A DNA stretch of 64,000 bases from an uncultured Methanomicrobiales archaeon (GCA_963697895.1 OY969100.1:320001-384000); one strand, 5' to 3'. Shown: positions 10,413 to 21,121, numbered from the stretch's first letter. Made by a program: numbers and translations. Notes: a model not told the origin generated them from the letters alone.

Positions 10413-12307
10413 GACGACTCCACGATATCGCTTCCCCCTCCCGGGACAAAGGCCGCGACCGCCTCCGTGTTCAGCACCGATGAGAGTCCTCTCAACTCTT
10501 CTGCCGGTACTTTTTCCCGTATGAGCCGGAGCACCTTCTTTGCCGTATCATTCGGTTCGAACTGACCGGGACGGAGTGCGATCCATGCCCGGGCACGCGA
10601 CCTGACCGCGCTGACGGGGCCCCCGATGACTGCCAGCTCCGGATTCGTGACCAGACCGATCGCAACGCCGAGGGGGACATTTCTCAGGTAATTCCGCTCA
10701 CCCCGGACGATAAAAGACCCGCGGCTAACATATTCACCCGCTTCGGGGGTCTTGCTCACCTGATCGGGCGCTACACTATAAACGTCCGCGCTGAAATGGC
10801 CACTTTTCCAGGCTCCCGAGTAAGAGGCGGCAAACACCGCGACCTCGTCCATGTACATGGTCCTGCCTTTCACGATCACGACACTCGCCCCATGGACATC
10901 CGCGTGGACAAATGTATCCCCCCCTTCCATGTACCTCTTCACCAGCTCCTCGTTCTGGGATGCGTCCCTTCCCCCCAGTACCAGAATATTATCCGTTGTA
11001 AAAAACCAGCGGAACCGGTGATACCATCTCTTTTTCAACACCGGGGCTTTCGTGGATTTTTTTTGCGGAAGGGCAATCGTCCGGGAGAGAGCGGCCCGTG
11101 CTCCTGCAATCTTCTTTTTATATTTTTTAATCAGGTCATAATAACGCCCGATATTTGCCTCAACCTTTTCATGCACGTGAATTGCCACCCGCGGACCGAG
11201 ATCGAGGTCTATAATCGCGGATTCCGGATGAACGGCAAGTATTTTTGCTGCTGCCCCGTCACGGTTCGATTTGAGAACCGCTTCGATCTCCTGCCATGAC
11301 ATCCGGGTGCTTGCCTCCCCGAGGGTCCGGATCATATCGGACACGAGCGGGTAGTGTTCATAGACCGCCTCCACAATCCGTTCGTACTCCCGGCATTTCC
11401 GCTCGAACTTCACGATCGCCTGCTCCTGCTGTCTCCGGATCATCTCTGCATTAGACAGGCGCACGTTCCGTTTTGCAACCTTTTCATGACCCTTTTCCAA
11501 TGAAGGATAGAACAACGCGAGGGCTTCATTGAATGTAGGACAGGGGCCGGCCGCTGCCTCGCGGTCATCGAGTGGGAACGGAAGACAGGCATCTTTCGTC
11601 GTAACCGGGCATCGATCATGTTCTGCACGATCCATAAGTTCTCTGACAGCCAGATAGATCCGTTCCGGGTCTGCCTGCGATGCCGGGGTATCTTTGGCGA
11701 TCCCGGCATAACGGCATATGTATTCGGCGTATATGCCCCCAAACATCGCACCAACTGCGAGGGCACGTACGATGTCCCGGTCATCACCTTTCAGGAATTC
11801 TCCGAACTCCTCCTCGGTCCAGGCGCCCGGATCGGCATCGGAAAACTGGTAAACCACGCCGGGGACCACCTCACGGTCTTTGAACCGGTGATGGTGCAGG
11901 GGTTTTATGATGGTATAATCCTCCCCGCAGAGGACGATATTCCCGTCATCGAAGAGTTCTATGATGAGATGGGTGGTCTCAAGGTGCTTTCCGATGTCGA
12001 TGATGACTATCCGCTGGATACCCTGCTGCCTGATCCCGAGTACCTTTCCTCCGCTGAGATGTTTCCGGAGAAGCATCGCAAAGGAAGGGGGAAGGGTGGG
12101 GGGTTCCGGGAATCCGGGAACCAGATGCATACGCCGCCCCGATTCCACGATAAGCGGGTATTTGGCATGTTGAAGACCATTGAGCCGGATGCCGAACGTT
12201 TTCGGGTTGAACTGGTAGATCTTGTCCATCCAGAGAGGAAGAAGTCCGGAGAGTTCCCTGGTCACCGCCCGAAGATCCACGCCGCTCATACCCTGCATCG
12301 TTGCCAT
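10409..12307 (-). CDS. rqcH: Ribosome quality-control factor Rqc2/RqcH (NFACT)
   Basis: FAMLLRKHL, IIELF..GNIVL, WYHRFRWF, GGRDASQNE, HADVHGAS, QVSKTPEAGEY; ATGA overlap with pelota. Confidence 0.94.
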   Translation of the reverse strand: MATMQGMSGVDLRAVTRELSGLLPLWMDKIYQFNPKTFGIRLNGLQHAKYPLIVESGRRMHLVPGFPEPPTLPPSFAMLLRKHLSGGKVLGIRQQGIQRIVIIDIGKHLETTHLIIELFDDGNIVLCGEDYTIIKPLHHHRFKDREVVPGVVYQFSDADPGAWTEEEFGEFLKGDDRDIVRALAVGAMFGGIYAEYICRYAGIAKDTPASQADPERIYLAVRELMDRAEHDRCPVTTKDACLPFPLDDREAAAGPCPTFNEALALFYPSLEKGHEKVAKRNVRLSNAEMIRRQQEQAIVKFERKCREYERIVEAVYEHYPLVSDMIRTLGEASTRMSWQEIEAVLKSNRDGAAAKILAVHPESAIIDLDLGPRVAIHVHEKVEANIGRYYDLIKKYKKKIAGARAALSRTIALPQKKSTKAPVLKKRWYHRFRWFFTTDNILVLGGRDASQNEELVKRYMEGGDTFVHADVHGASVVIVKGRTMYMDEVAVFAASYSGAWKSGHFSADVYSVAPDQVSKTPEAGEYVSRGSFIVRGERNYLRNVPLGVAIGLVTNPELAVIGGPVSAVRSRARAWIALRPGQFEPNDTAKKVLRLIREKVPAEELRGLSSVLNTEAVAAFVPGGGSDIVESS

Positions 12308-12364
12308 CGCTATACCAACATAGATATGGCTTCAGCGCTAAAAAATAGGTCTACTGGTGTCGTG

Positions 12365-12724
12365 ATGAGTGACGAAAAGATCGAAGAACGTCCCGAGCCT
12401 TCGTACCGGAAACTCACCCCGGCGGAGAAACAACGGGATCATGTGAACAGAATCAAACGGACACTGGTGGGAAGCCTTCTCGGGATCGTAACCGGCATCA
12501 TTTCGTTTCTGGTTGTCGGGACCCAGATCATCGGCCTGCAGAATTACACCTTCCTCGCCCTGTTCATCATGCTCGCCGGAATCGTTGTGCAGCGGCATAT
12601 CTTCACATTCATGAAACTCACCACTCCCCAGCTGGGGACCAAGGACTGGATCTACCAGGGCTTCATGACATTTGCGTTCTGGTTCATCTCATGGACGCTG
12701 CTCCTGACAGCTTTTTCACCGTGA
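12365..12724 (+). CDS. EMC6-like archaeal membrane protein (119 aa)
   Basis: Real start MSDEKIEE inside ORF 11618..12724; three TM segments; KDWIYQGFMTFAFWFISWTLLL motif; ends 6 nt before ABCE1. Confidence 0.75.
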   Translation: MSDEKIEERPEPSYRKLTPAEKQRDHVNRIKRTLVGSLLGIVTGIISFLVVGTQIIGLQNYTFLALFIMLAGIVVQRHIFTFMKLTTPQLGTKDWIYQGFMTFAFWFISWTLLLTAFSP

Positions 12725-12730
12725 CTGGCC

Positions 12731-14513
12731 ATGCGAATCGCGATCGTTCACCGTGACCGCTGTCATTCGCGGAAATGCGGTACCGAATGCATCCTCTATT
12801 GTCCGCGTGTCCGGACCGGGGATGAGACGGTAATCATCGGGGAGGACGGGAAAGCAGAGATCTCCGAAGAGGCTCTGTGTAGGGTGCGGGATCTGCATCA
12901 AAAAGTGTCCGTTCGGGGCGATTGACATCGTAAGTCTCCCGGAAGAGCTCGAGCACCCGACCCACCGGTATGGAAAGAACGGGTTTGCCCTGTACGGGCT
13001 GCCGACACCGGTGGAGGGGAAGGTGACCGGGGTGCTCGGGGCGAACGGTATCGGGAAAAGCACCGCGGTGAAGATACTCTCCGGCCAGATGAAACCGAAT
13101 CTCGGGGAACCGGATCGGGAAGCAGCATGGGATGAGATCCTGAAGAAGTATGCCGGTACCGAGCTCTTCGATTATCTCCAGAGCGTTTCACGGAAACAGG
13201 TAAAGGTTTCGGTCAAACCTCAGTATATCGATCAGATACCCCGGCTCTTCTCAGGAACTGTGGCTGAGCTGCTCAGAACCACGGATGAACGGGGATCGCT
13301 TCGGGCCTATATCGACGCGATGAGCCTGCGGCCGGTTATGGAGAGCGAGATTACCACGCTTTCCGGCGGTGAACTCCAACGAATCGCTATTATCGCCTGC
13401 CTGGCCCGTGAGGCAGATTTTTATTTTCTCGACGAAATAACCCCATTTCTTGATATCCACCAGAGAATGGCAGCCGCACGGCTGATCCGGGAGCGTGCCG
13501 CTGAGCGGCCTATCGTGATCGTCGAACATGACCTTGCGATCCTGGATATGCTTGCAGATACCGTCCATATCGCGTACGGGAAACCGGCCGCCTTCGGCAT
13601 AATAACGCAGCCGAAGGGAGTCCGGGTAGGAATCAACCAGTACCTCGAAGGATATCTCCCCGAAGAGAACGTCCGGTTCCGGGATCATCAGGTCGTCTTC
13701 GATAAACGCGCTCACGGAGAGAAGGAGCACCGGACCACGCTCTTCCCGATCCCCCCGATGACAAAGTCCTATGATCGGTTCCGGCTGGAAGTATCCGGGG
13801 GAGAGGTCAGGGCCGGTGAAGTACTCGGGGTCGTCGGCGCAAACGGAATCGGAAAGAGCACATTTGCCAAACTGCTTGCCGGGGTTGAAATACCGGACAG
13901 GGGTCCGATCGAGACCACCCTCCGGGTATCGTACAAACCCCAGTATATCAAGCCGAGTACATCCGACACGGTGGAATTCTATCTCCGGAACATTACCAAA
14001 CGGTTCGATACCGGGTTGTACCAGCATGACATCATAGAACCCCTCTCGCTCGGTCCCATTCTCCAGTCGCCGATCGACACGCTCTCGGGAGGGGAATTGC
14101 AGCGTGTCGCCATCGCTTCCTGCCTTTCCCACGATGCAGATCTCTACATCCTCGACGAACCGAGTGCACATCTGGATGTCGAACAACGGGTGAAGATAAC
14201 CCGGATGTTCCGCCATCATGTGGACGGGCGTGAGGCGGCGATACTGGTGATCGACCATGATATCTACCTGATCGACATGATCAGCGAACGGATCCTCGTG
14301 TTTGACGGGGTTCCCGGTTCCCGTGGCGAGGCAACCGGTCCCTTTGATATGCGCGAAGGAATGAACCGTTTCCTCCGGCAGCTGCAGGTGACGTTCCGGC
14401 GTGACCGGAGCGGACGGCCACGGATTAATAAGCCCGATTCCTATCTGGACCGGGAACAGAAGGCGAACCAGGAGTACTATTATTATATCGATCGGGAGAG
14501 CGGGGAGTCATAG
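12731..14513 (+). CDS. rli: Ribosome recycling ATPase ABCE1/RLI; +1 frameshift at about 12872
   Basis: Fe-S domain (DRCHSRKC..EC..YCP; ISEELCVGCGICIKKCPF after repair); two NBDs with GANGIGKS and LSGGELQR; TFRRD..RPRINK. Confidence 0.95.
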
Positions 14514-14685
14514 ATCTCCCGCAACTGACCGGGTAAAAATGAAATTACCGGTCCTCGCAGTCTGAGATCTCCCATCTGTCCCTTGCAAGTTTTCCCGGTG
14601 AGACCCACAATGATCGGGAAATCAGGATAATTGCGATGCTATGATCCTGGGTGCCGTCAGAAAAATAGGGTTCAGTGCCTGGATT

Positions 14686-14705
14686 AAAAAATAAAAATAA
14701 AAATA
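14686..14705 (-). terminator. Oligo-U terminator of the PKD gene
   Basis: A-tracts on the + strand just past the stop at 14712. Confidence 0.55.
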
Positions 14706-14711
14706 GAGGGA

Positions 14712-17483
14712 TTATTCTTGGTAAACAACCTCGGTGTAGACCGGCTGGCCGGGTTCAGGGGGCTTTCTCTTTCTGGACCAGTAATACAACCCGATCATGA
14801 CAGCGACGATCGCTGCCAGGATCAACGGAACGAAATATACCCAGGGGAAAGGTCCCCCTGGTGAAGCCGGCGTAGTGGGGGGGGCTGTTGTCTCCGGCGT
14901 CGCGGTAGTTGGCGGCGTCGCCCCGGCAATCTGGAAGAGTGCATAGGTCCCCGCACGGGTAACCGGAGCGCTCACGGTGCGATTGACCTGATCCACCGTT
15001 GACGGCAGGTTGATCCAGCTCGTATTCGCAGTATCCCACCATCTCATTATCAGATCGCTGTTCTGGAGATTCTCCCAGTCGGATGGGGCAATGGTGAATT
15101 TCAGGGTGGCTCCGGGATCAAAAATTCCGCAATCCGGGGTGATAGCGTATGCATAGCCGGCAAAGATGAAGAGGTCCGCATCGGAGACCGGGGGAAGGGA
15201 TTCTATGGGCAGTCTCGTGATGGTAAGGTTTGTGAGTGACTCATTGCCGCAGGAGAGTTTCACCCCTGCCCCAATCGATAGCGTTGCCATTCCATCATCT
15301 GATGTGATATCAACGGGCTGTGTGGTGACACCATCCGGCCCGACGGGGAGTCCTCCCGTGCCGATCGGTATCGTGGGGATCGGTGTAGGCGTAGGGGTCG
15401 TCTCTTCCGAATACCCTCCGCCGCCACCTCCGCCGCCTCCGCCGCCACCGCTCGAGTATATAGTGATATAATTGGTCTTCGTGATATTCGAGGATCCGGC
15501 ACTGTTGGATACCTCAAGGGTGATGTTATAAACACCCTGGTAAAACACGTGCGAAGGGTTTTTCTCGCTCGATGTGGCACCGCCCCCGAAGTTCCACGAC
15601 CAGTTTGTCGGATTATTTGTCGACAGGTCCGTGAACTGTACGGATTGTGGAGAATACCCGCTTAATGGGTTTGCGGAGAAGTTTGCCAGCGGCGGTATCG
15701 GAAGTGAAACCGTGATATAATTTACTTTTGAGACCGAGCTTATGGCACCAGTTGCGTTCTGCACCGTAAGAGTCACGGTGTAGTTTCCGATATCACCGAA
15801 TATATGGGAGGGGTTCTGCTCCGTTCCATTTGCAGTGCCATCCCCGAAATCCCACTCCCAGCTGTTCGGGGAATCTGTGGACAGGTCGGTGAACTGGATT
15901 GTGAGCGGAACAAAACCGGCTGTCTGGTCTGATGTGAAGTTGGCCGTCAGATTCTGGCCAGGAGTTTCGTTCACGATGATGTATCCGGTTTTCGATACGG
16001 TGTTCAAACCTGCAGCGTTCGCTACGGTAAGGGTGACATCGAACATGCCTGCGTACTGATAGATATGAGACGGGCTCCTGACCGAATCGTTCGGGGATCC
16101 GTCACCGAAGTCCCATTGCCAGGAAAGGGGGACACCCGTGGACAGGTCCTTGAAAGTCACCATCATCGGTGCATTCCCTGAACGTGGGGAGCCGCTGAAA
16201 TTCGCGGTGGGGGGGATGGGTGTGCCGGGTACACGGAGGTCCAGGGGGGTAACCTCCCCGCTGGTGAACGGGAAGGTGAGAACCCAGTTTGTTCCATCAA
16301 ATGCCTCTGCCGGGACATCATTTACTATGAAGGAGATGGGGGCGCCTTCCTCGAGGGCTCCCTGAACAACCAATTTCCGCTCGTGGAATCCGGGCTTCCC
16401 ATACTGCCCCGAGATGATCGTGGTAATGGGATTCCCCGGTACATCTGTCACGATACCCTCTGCCACCGCCTTTACCTCGGATGATACCGGTGCCGGTGAT
16501 CCCTGGAGGGTAAGGTTGCCATAGAAGGCCTGCGGGAGCGGCGGGACACCTGGGTTCTGGACCTGGATGAAGTCAGTTCTTTCGGTGGTCGAACTCCCGT
16601 CACAACAATTGGTGACCGTGAGCGTTACGGAATAGTTACCGGGTGTATTGTAGGAGTGCACGGGGTTTTGGACCGTGCTATTCGGTGTATTGTCCCCGAA
16701 ACTCCATTGCCATGTTATAGGATCGCCGGTCGAACTGTCATTGAAGTGAACGGTGAGCGGAGAGGAACCGGTTATGGGAACCGCTATGAAATCTGCCTGG
16801 AGCGGGACCGCACCGACAGAAAGGGTTTTCGAAAGAACGGACTGGTTATTGACAGTGAGGGCAACCTGGACATTCCCTGTTTCAAAACCGCTGACATCGA
16901 TGGGTATGGAGAAATCATCCGGACCCTCTTTCTCGAAACTGAGGGTAAAGGTTGCGATAATTTTCGTCGCACCAGAGGCCGCGGTGCCGGAAAAGAGCGC
17001 CGAATGCTCTTCATCGGGCTCGAACTCCGGCAAAGTGGTCTCAAGGTGGGAGATATCCTGTAAAAAGATTCCCCCCTCAGATGGACCCTCCACGATATAA
17101 CTCATATCCTGCGTCGAGTTATCCGGGTCATGCTCGGAGAGGGTGAACCTGTTATCGGCGGTGTTCTCGAGTCTGACAGTGGCATTCCCTTCTGTAAGTA
17201 TCACCGGCCACGTCATGTTGGTGAGATTGAAGAAGAACTCCATCCCCGGGTCGGAACATATGGTGCCATTGACTTCGAGGATGACCGGGGTGTCATTGGG
17301 AAGTCCTTCGATATCGACGATAAACTCGCCCCCGGGTATAATATGATCAGGTTCCACGGTCACCGAGGCAGCGCTGCAGGAACCGAAAAAAAGGCAGGTT
17401 AATATAAGGATGAAACATCCTACCAACAGTTGAGAAAAGATCTTATCATGCCCTGGGGTTACTCGTTCACGGAAACTCACCAT
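14712..17483 (-). CDS. Membrane-anchored cell-surface protein with four PKD domains
   Basis: Signal peptide; four F.D.ST..P..W.W.FG(D/G) repeats; Gly12 linker; Thr/Pro stalk; C-terminal TM followed by RKRK; many NxS/T sequons. Confidence 0.9.
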   Translation of the reverse strand: MVSFRERVTPGHDKIFSQLLVGCFILILTCLFFGSCSAASVTVEPDHIIPGGEFIVDIEGLPNDTPVILEVNGTICSDPGMEFFFNLTNMTWPVILTEGNATVRLENTADNRFTLSEHDPDNSTQDMSYIVEGPSEGGIFLQDISHLETTLPEFEPDEEHSALFSGTAASGATKIIATFTLSFEKEGPDDFSIPIDVSGFETGNVQVALTVNNQSVLSKTLSVGAVPLQADFIAVPITGSSPLTVHFNDSSTGDPITWQWSFGDNTPNSTVQNPVHSYNTPGNYSVTLTVTNCCDGSSTTERTDFIQVQNPGVPPLPQAFYGNLTLQGSPAPVSSEVKAVAEGIVTDVPGNPITTIISGQYGKPGFHERKLVVQGALEEGAPISFIVNDVPAEAFDGTNWVLTFPFTSGEVTPLDLRVPGTPIPPTANFSGSPRSGNAPMMVTFKDLSTGVPLSWQWDFGDGSPNDSVRSPSHIYQYAGMFDVTLTVANAAGLNTVSKTGYIIVNETPGQNLTANFTSDQTAGFVPLTIQFTDLSTDSPNSWEWDFGDGTANGTEQNPSHIFGDIGNYTVTLTVQNATGAISSVSKVNYITVSLPIPPLANFSANPLSGYSPQSVQFTDLSTNNPTNWSWNFGGGATSSEKNPSHVFYQGVYNITLEVSNSAGSSNITKTNYITIYSSGGGGGGGGGGGGYSEETTPTPTPIPTIPIGTGGLPVGPDGVTTQPVDITSDDGMATLSIGAGVKLSCGNESLTNLTITRLPIESLPPVSDADLFIFAGYAYAITPDCGIFDPGATLKFTIAPSDWENLQNSDLIMRWWDTANTSWINLPSTVDQVNRTVSAPVTRAGTYALFQIAGATPPTTATPETTAPPTTPASPGGPFPWVYFVPLILAAIVAVMIGLYYWSRKRKPPEPGQPVYTEVVYQE
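15414..15449 (-). repeat. Imperfect GGN tract coding Gly12
   Basis: ccctccgccgccacctccgccgcctccgccgccacc on the + strand. Confidence 0.85.
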
Positions 17484-17856
17484 ACGCCGTTACCTCCCCG
17501 ATTCCGTTCATCGGTTTTTATTCCTTCAAACGCCACCCATCGTTTTCCCTTTCTGCATTCCATCATCATATACCTCGTTCCCATGCCATTATTGTCCATT
17601 CCGGTATTATTCCCGCATCTCTCCTACACTCTTCCCCGGTTATGTAACCAGAATTCTCATTTAAGAGGTTAATTCTGGCATTCCTCTTTCCCATCGCTGA
17701 ACCGGAAGAGCTATATAAAGAACCATTGTGGTATGGAACAGATAAAGGTTTGGGATAAAATCAGGGCAATCGGAGTATTTTCGTCCCGCACGTATAAAAA
17801 TTCATAATCAAATTGAATCAGTCCAGAATATTCATGATCTCAGGTCGCGAACCGGG

Positions 17857-17872
17857 AAAAAATAAAAAAAAA
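17857..17872 (-). terminator. Oligo-U terminator of fdhAB
   Basis: AAAAAATAAAAAAAAA on the + strand directly after the fdhB stop. Confidence 0.65.
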
Positions 17873-17875
17873 ATA

Positions 17876-19051
17876 TTAATTCGTATATGAGGCCTTCCCC
17901 AGCTTTGGTTCGAACGCCAGATCCCCTTCGACCCTGATCGCATGTGAAAAGAGCGCGAGGGGAATATCCATCGGACACAGTTCCTCGCATTGCCCGCAAT
18001 TTACACAGGTGTCAGAGATGTGGGCGAACCGGCGGAGATGAAACATCGGGTTCGGGGGAACTTCACCGCGATCGACCATGTACGACGTACCTTTCAGGGC
18101 ATCCGCCGAGGTGAAACAAACAGGGCAGTTCTCGATGCAGGAGTAACACTTGATGCATCGGGAGGTCTCCCGGTTGATGATACCCCAGGGATCCTTTTTC
18201 AATGCGGCAAAGTCCTTCCTCCTCCACTTGTTTCCGAGCTTGACCATTGCCCCCTCGACCTTCCCCCTCATCTCGATACCCTTCGGGTCGGGACTCGTCG
18301 TTGCGATCGCACCGGATTTTATCGCCCTGCTGAGCAGATGTGCGCCTTTGTCGCTGCAGACCTCAACAAACGTAGCCTTCCCGGCCTTTTCACCGATGAC
18401 CCCCCAGTTTCCGCACGCAAGATCGGCCTGCCGGGGAACCTTGTAGTTACAGCGCCGGCAGTTCGTCCGGCGGCCGTACCCCTTCTCCTCGAGCTCATCA
18501 ATGGAAATGCCTTTATGGCCCCCCTCGTACTCGATGATGAACTGGCCTTTGTCGATCTCTTCCTTATGTACCGTATTCGGATCGACCTGGAACGCATCCT
18601 GGATCATCTTCCTTCCTTTCACCGGGCTCACCGTGCCCCCGCAATTCACTCCGATCAGGAGGAGATTGTCCATGTTGACCTCGTTTCGCTTTGCGAGTTC
18701 TGTAAGGCCCATGAGATCGCAGCCCTTGACGGTCATGGCGATCTTTTTACTCTTTGCACCGTCCAGGTATTTTGCCACATATTTTGATAACAGGAGCGTT
18801 CCGCAATGGAGCGATCCTGCTGTATCCTTGAGATCTTTTGGATCGGTGATCAGCGTCGGCACCGCATCATAGATATCCTGACCTTTCTTCACCGCAACGA
18901 CGGCATCCACCATTCCACTTTCAAGGGCGTATTTCAGCAGGCTTGTTACTGCCCCGCCACATTCCGCATGTTTGGCAATCTCTGCATCTGTGGTCCACGC
19001 GTAGACCATATCACCCTTCTTTTCCCCGGGTTTGTCACCAAAAAGCCCCAT
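17876..19051 (-). CDS. fdhB: F420-dependent formate dehydrogenase beta subunit
   Basis: ECGGAVT, AGSLHCG, GVNCGG, KEEIDKG, RRTNCRRC, DLACGNWG; two C-terminal CxxCxxCxxxCP clusters. Confidence 0.95.
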   Translation of the reverse strand: MGLFGDKPGEKKGDMVYAWTTDAEIAKHAECGGAVTSLLKYALESGMVDAVVAVKKGQDIYDAVPTLITDPKDLKDTAGSLHCGTLLLSKYVAKYLDGAKSKKIAMTVKGCDLMGLTELAKRNEVNMDNLLLIGVNCGGTVSPVKGRKMIQDAFQVDPNTVHKEEIDKGQFIIEYEGGHKGISIDELEEKGYGRRTNCRRCNYKVPRQADLACGNWGVIGEKAGKATFVEVCSDKGAHLLSRAIKSGAIATTSPDPKGIEMRGKVEGAMVKLGNKWRRKDFAALKKDPWGIINRETSRCIKCYSCIENCPVCFTSADALKGTSYMVDRGEVPPNPMFHLRRFAHISDTCVNCGQCEELCPMDIPLALFSHAIRVEGDLAFEPKLGKASYTN

Positions 19052-21121
19052 TTACTTCGCCTCCGCGATCTTTTCGACCCGAACCGCACAGGCCTTGTAC
19101 TCCGGGATCTTTGCGATCGGGTCGAGTGCATTGTTCGTCAGCGTGTTCGCCGCACATTCCTTGTAATGGAACGGCATGAACATGACCCCTTTCATGATAT
19201 TCTCCGTAACCCGTGCGGGTACCCGGATCTCTCCCCTGCGGGTGACCGCCTTCACGAGTTCCTTGTTCTGGACGCCGAGTGCTTTTGCGTCCTCGGGGTT
19301 GATCTCGATCCATCCCGTCGGTTCTTCCACTTCGAGATCCTCGGACCTCCGGGTCATCGTCCCGGTATGCCACTGCCAGATGCAGCGGCCGGTGGTCAGG
19401 ACGAACGGGTATTCCGCATCCGGCACCTCTGCCGGCGGTTTCCACTCGAGTGCGTGGAAGACCCCGATCCCGTCCGGATGGGAGAACTTCCCGATGTGGA
19501 GGATGGGCGTTCCGGGGTGTTCCGCCGTCGGGCAGGGCCAGTGGAGGGCCTCGGGCCGGTTCAGCCGCTTATAATTCATCCCCCCGTAGGAGGGGGTGAG
19601 TTTCGCCATCTCGTTGAAGATGTCCTCGGCGCTCTTCCAGGGGAACTGCTTTGCGTACCCCATCTTCGCCGAGATATCCGCGAGGATCTGCCAGTCGAGT
19701 TTCGACTCGCCCGGCGGGTCCTGTGCCTTCCGCCACATCTGGACACGCCGCTCGGTGCTCGTCTGCGTTCCGTCCTTCTCTGCATAGCAGCAGCCGGGGA
19801 GCACGACGTGGGCGAATTCCGCGGTCTCGGTCAGGAAGATATCCTGAACGACGATGAACTCGAGGGTCTTTAAGGCCTTCTCCACGTGGTGGAGATCGGG
19901 GTCGGAGATCATCGGGTTCTCGCCCATGATGTAGAGCGCTTTAAGTTCGCCGGGTTTGTCGACCATGACATCCATCATCGTGGTGACCTCGTACCCGTTC
20001 TTCGGCTCGCAGATCCCGTCCGGGAATCCCCAGGCATCGGCGAACTTCTTGTGCGCCGCTTCGTCGATCACCTTCTGGTAACCGGTGAAAACGACGGGCA
20101 GGGCTCCCATGTCGCAGGCTCCCTGGACATTGTTCTGCCCGCGGAGCGCATTCACGCCGGCCCCGGGTTTGCCCAGGTTCCCGCAGAGCATCTGGATGTT
20201 TGCAACCGATTTGACGTTGTCGACACCGGTCGTGTGCTGGGTAATCCCCATCGAGTAGAGGATCGCGGTCGCGCCGGACTTGGCGATCCACTCGGCGGCT
20301 GTCCTCAACGATGCAACCGGGATGCGGGAGATCTTCGAGACGTTCTCCAGGCTGTATGTATCCTTCATTACGACTTCTTTCAGCTTGTCGAAGTCCTTTG
20401 TCCGGGTCTTGACAAACTCCTGGTCCTCCCAGCCGTTCCGGATGATCTCCTGCATAAGGCCGTTCAGGATCGCGACATCCGAGCCGGATACGAAGGGCAT
20501 GTAGAGATCAGCCTTCTTACCGGTCGGGGTCAGCCGAGGGTCGGCATAGATGAGCTTCGCGCCGTTCATCTTCGCCTGCATCACCCTCCGCCCGATAAGC
20601 GGGTGTTGCTCGAAGGTGTTGGACCCGAGGATAAAGACGCATTTTGCCTGGGCAATATCCCCGATCGAGTTCGTCATCGCACCGGAACCGAACGAGGCGG
20701 CAAGGCCGGCGACCGTTGACGCGTGGCAGAGCCGTGCGCAGTGGTCGATATGCCGCGTCTTCAGCGTACCGCGGGCGAACTTCAGCATCGCGTAGTTCTC
20801 TTCGTTGGATGTACGCGCCGATGAAAGACACGCGATCTCGTCCGGCTTGTAGGATTTCAGTTTCTTCGCGATCAGGTCATATGCCTCGTCCCAGCTGGCC
20901 TCGACAAACTTGCCGTCCTTCTTGATCAGCGGCTTTGTCAGGCGGTCCGGGCTGTTCACGAACTCGTGTGCATAGGTGCCTTTCGGGCAGACCTTACCTT
21001 CGTTGACCGGAGAGCGCTGGTACGGAGCCGTACCAACCACTTTCCCTTCCCTGACAACGAGGTTAAATGAACAACCTGTCCCACAGTACGGGCAGGTTGT
21101 CTGTACATATTTCACATTCAT
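19052..21121 (-). CDS. fdhA: Formate dehydrogenase alpha subunit (Mo/W-bisPGD, Cys-type)
   Basis: TCPYCGTGC, HCARLCHAST (Cys, not Sec), LRGQNNVQGACDMG, IPEYKACAV; ATG at 21121 after GGGGGTG. Confidence 0.96.
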   Translation of the reverse strand: MNVKYVQTTCPYCGTGCSFNLVVREGKVVGTAPYQRSPVNEGKVCPKGTYAHEFVNSPDRLTKPLIKKDGKFVEASWDEAYDLIAKKLKSYKPDEIACLSSARTSNEENYAMLKFARGTLKTRHIDHCARLCHASTVAGLAASFGSGAMTNSIGDIAQAKCVFILGSNTFEQHPLIGRRVMQAKMNGAKLIYADPRLTPTGKKADLYMPFVSGSDVAILNGLMQEIIRNGWEDQEFVKTRTKDFDKLKEVVMKDTYSLENVSKISRIPVASLRTAAEWIAKSGATAILYSMGITQHTTGVDNVKSVANIQMLCGNLGKPGAGVNALRGQNNVQGACDMGALPVVFTGYQKVIDEAAHKKFADAWGFPDGICEPKNGYEVTTMMDVMVDKPGELKALYIMGENPMISDPDLHHVEKALKTLEFIVVQDIFLTETAEFAHVVLPGCCYAEKDGTQTSTERRVQMWRKAQDPPGESKLDWQILADISAKMGYAKQFPWKSAEDIFNEMAKLTPSYGGMNYKRLNRPEALHWPCPTAEHPGTPILHIGKFSHPDGIGVFHALEWKPPAEVPDAEYPFVLTTGRCIWQWHTGTMTRRSEDLEVEEPTGWIEINPEDAKALGVQNKELVKAVTRRGEIRVPARVTENIMKGVMFMPFHYKECAANTLTNNALDPIAKIPEYKACAVRVEKIAEAK

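Noticed and set aside
11618-12364. N-terminal part of the 368-aa ORF
   Set aside because: Antisense to rqc2; only 12365..12724 looks like a real gene
12731-14513. Programmed frameshifting or pseudogenisation of ABCE1, aCPSF1, rfcS and lhr
   Set aside because: No slippery heptamers at the sites; several are essential genes; a shared sequence context favours a systematic sequencing error
19052-21121. Selenocysteine in FdhA
   Set aside because: The active-site codon is Cys (HCARLCH) and there is no in-frame TGA
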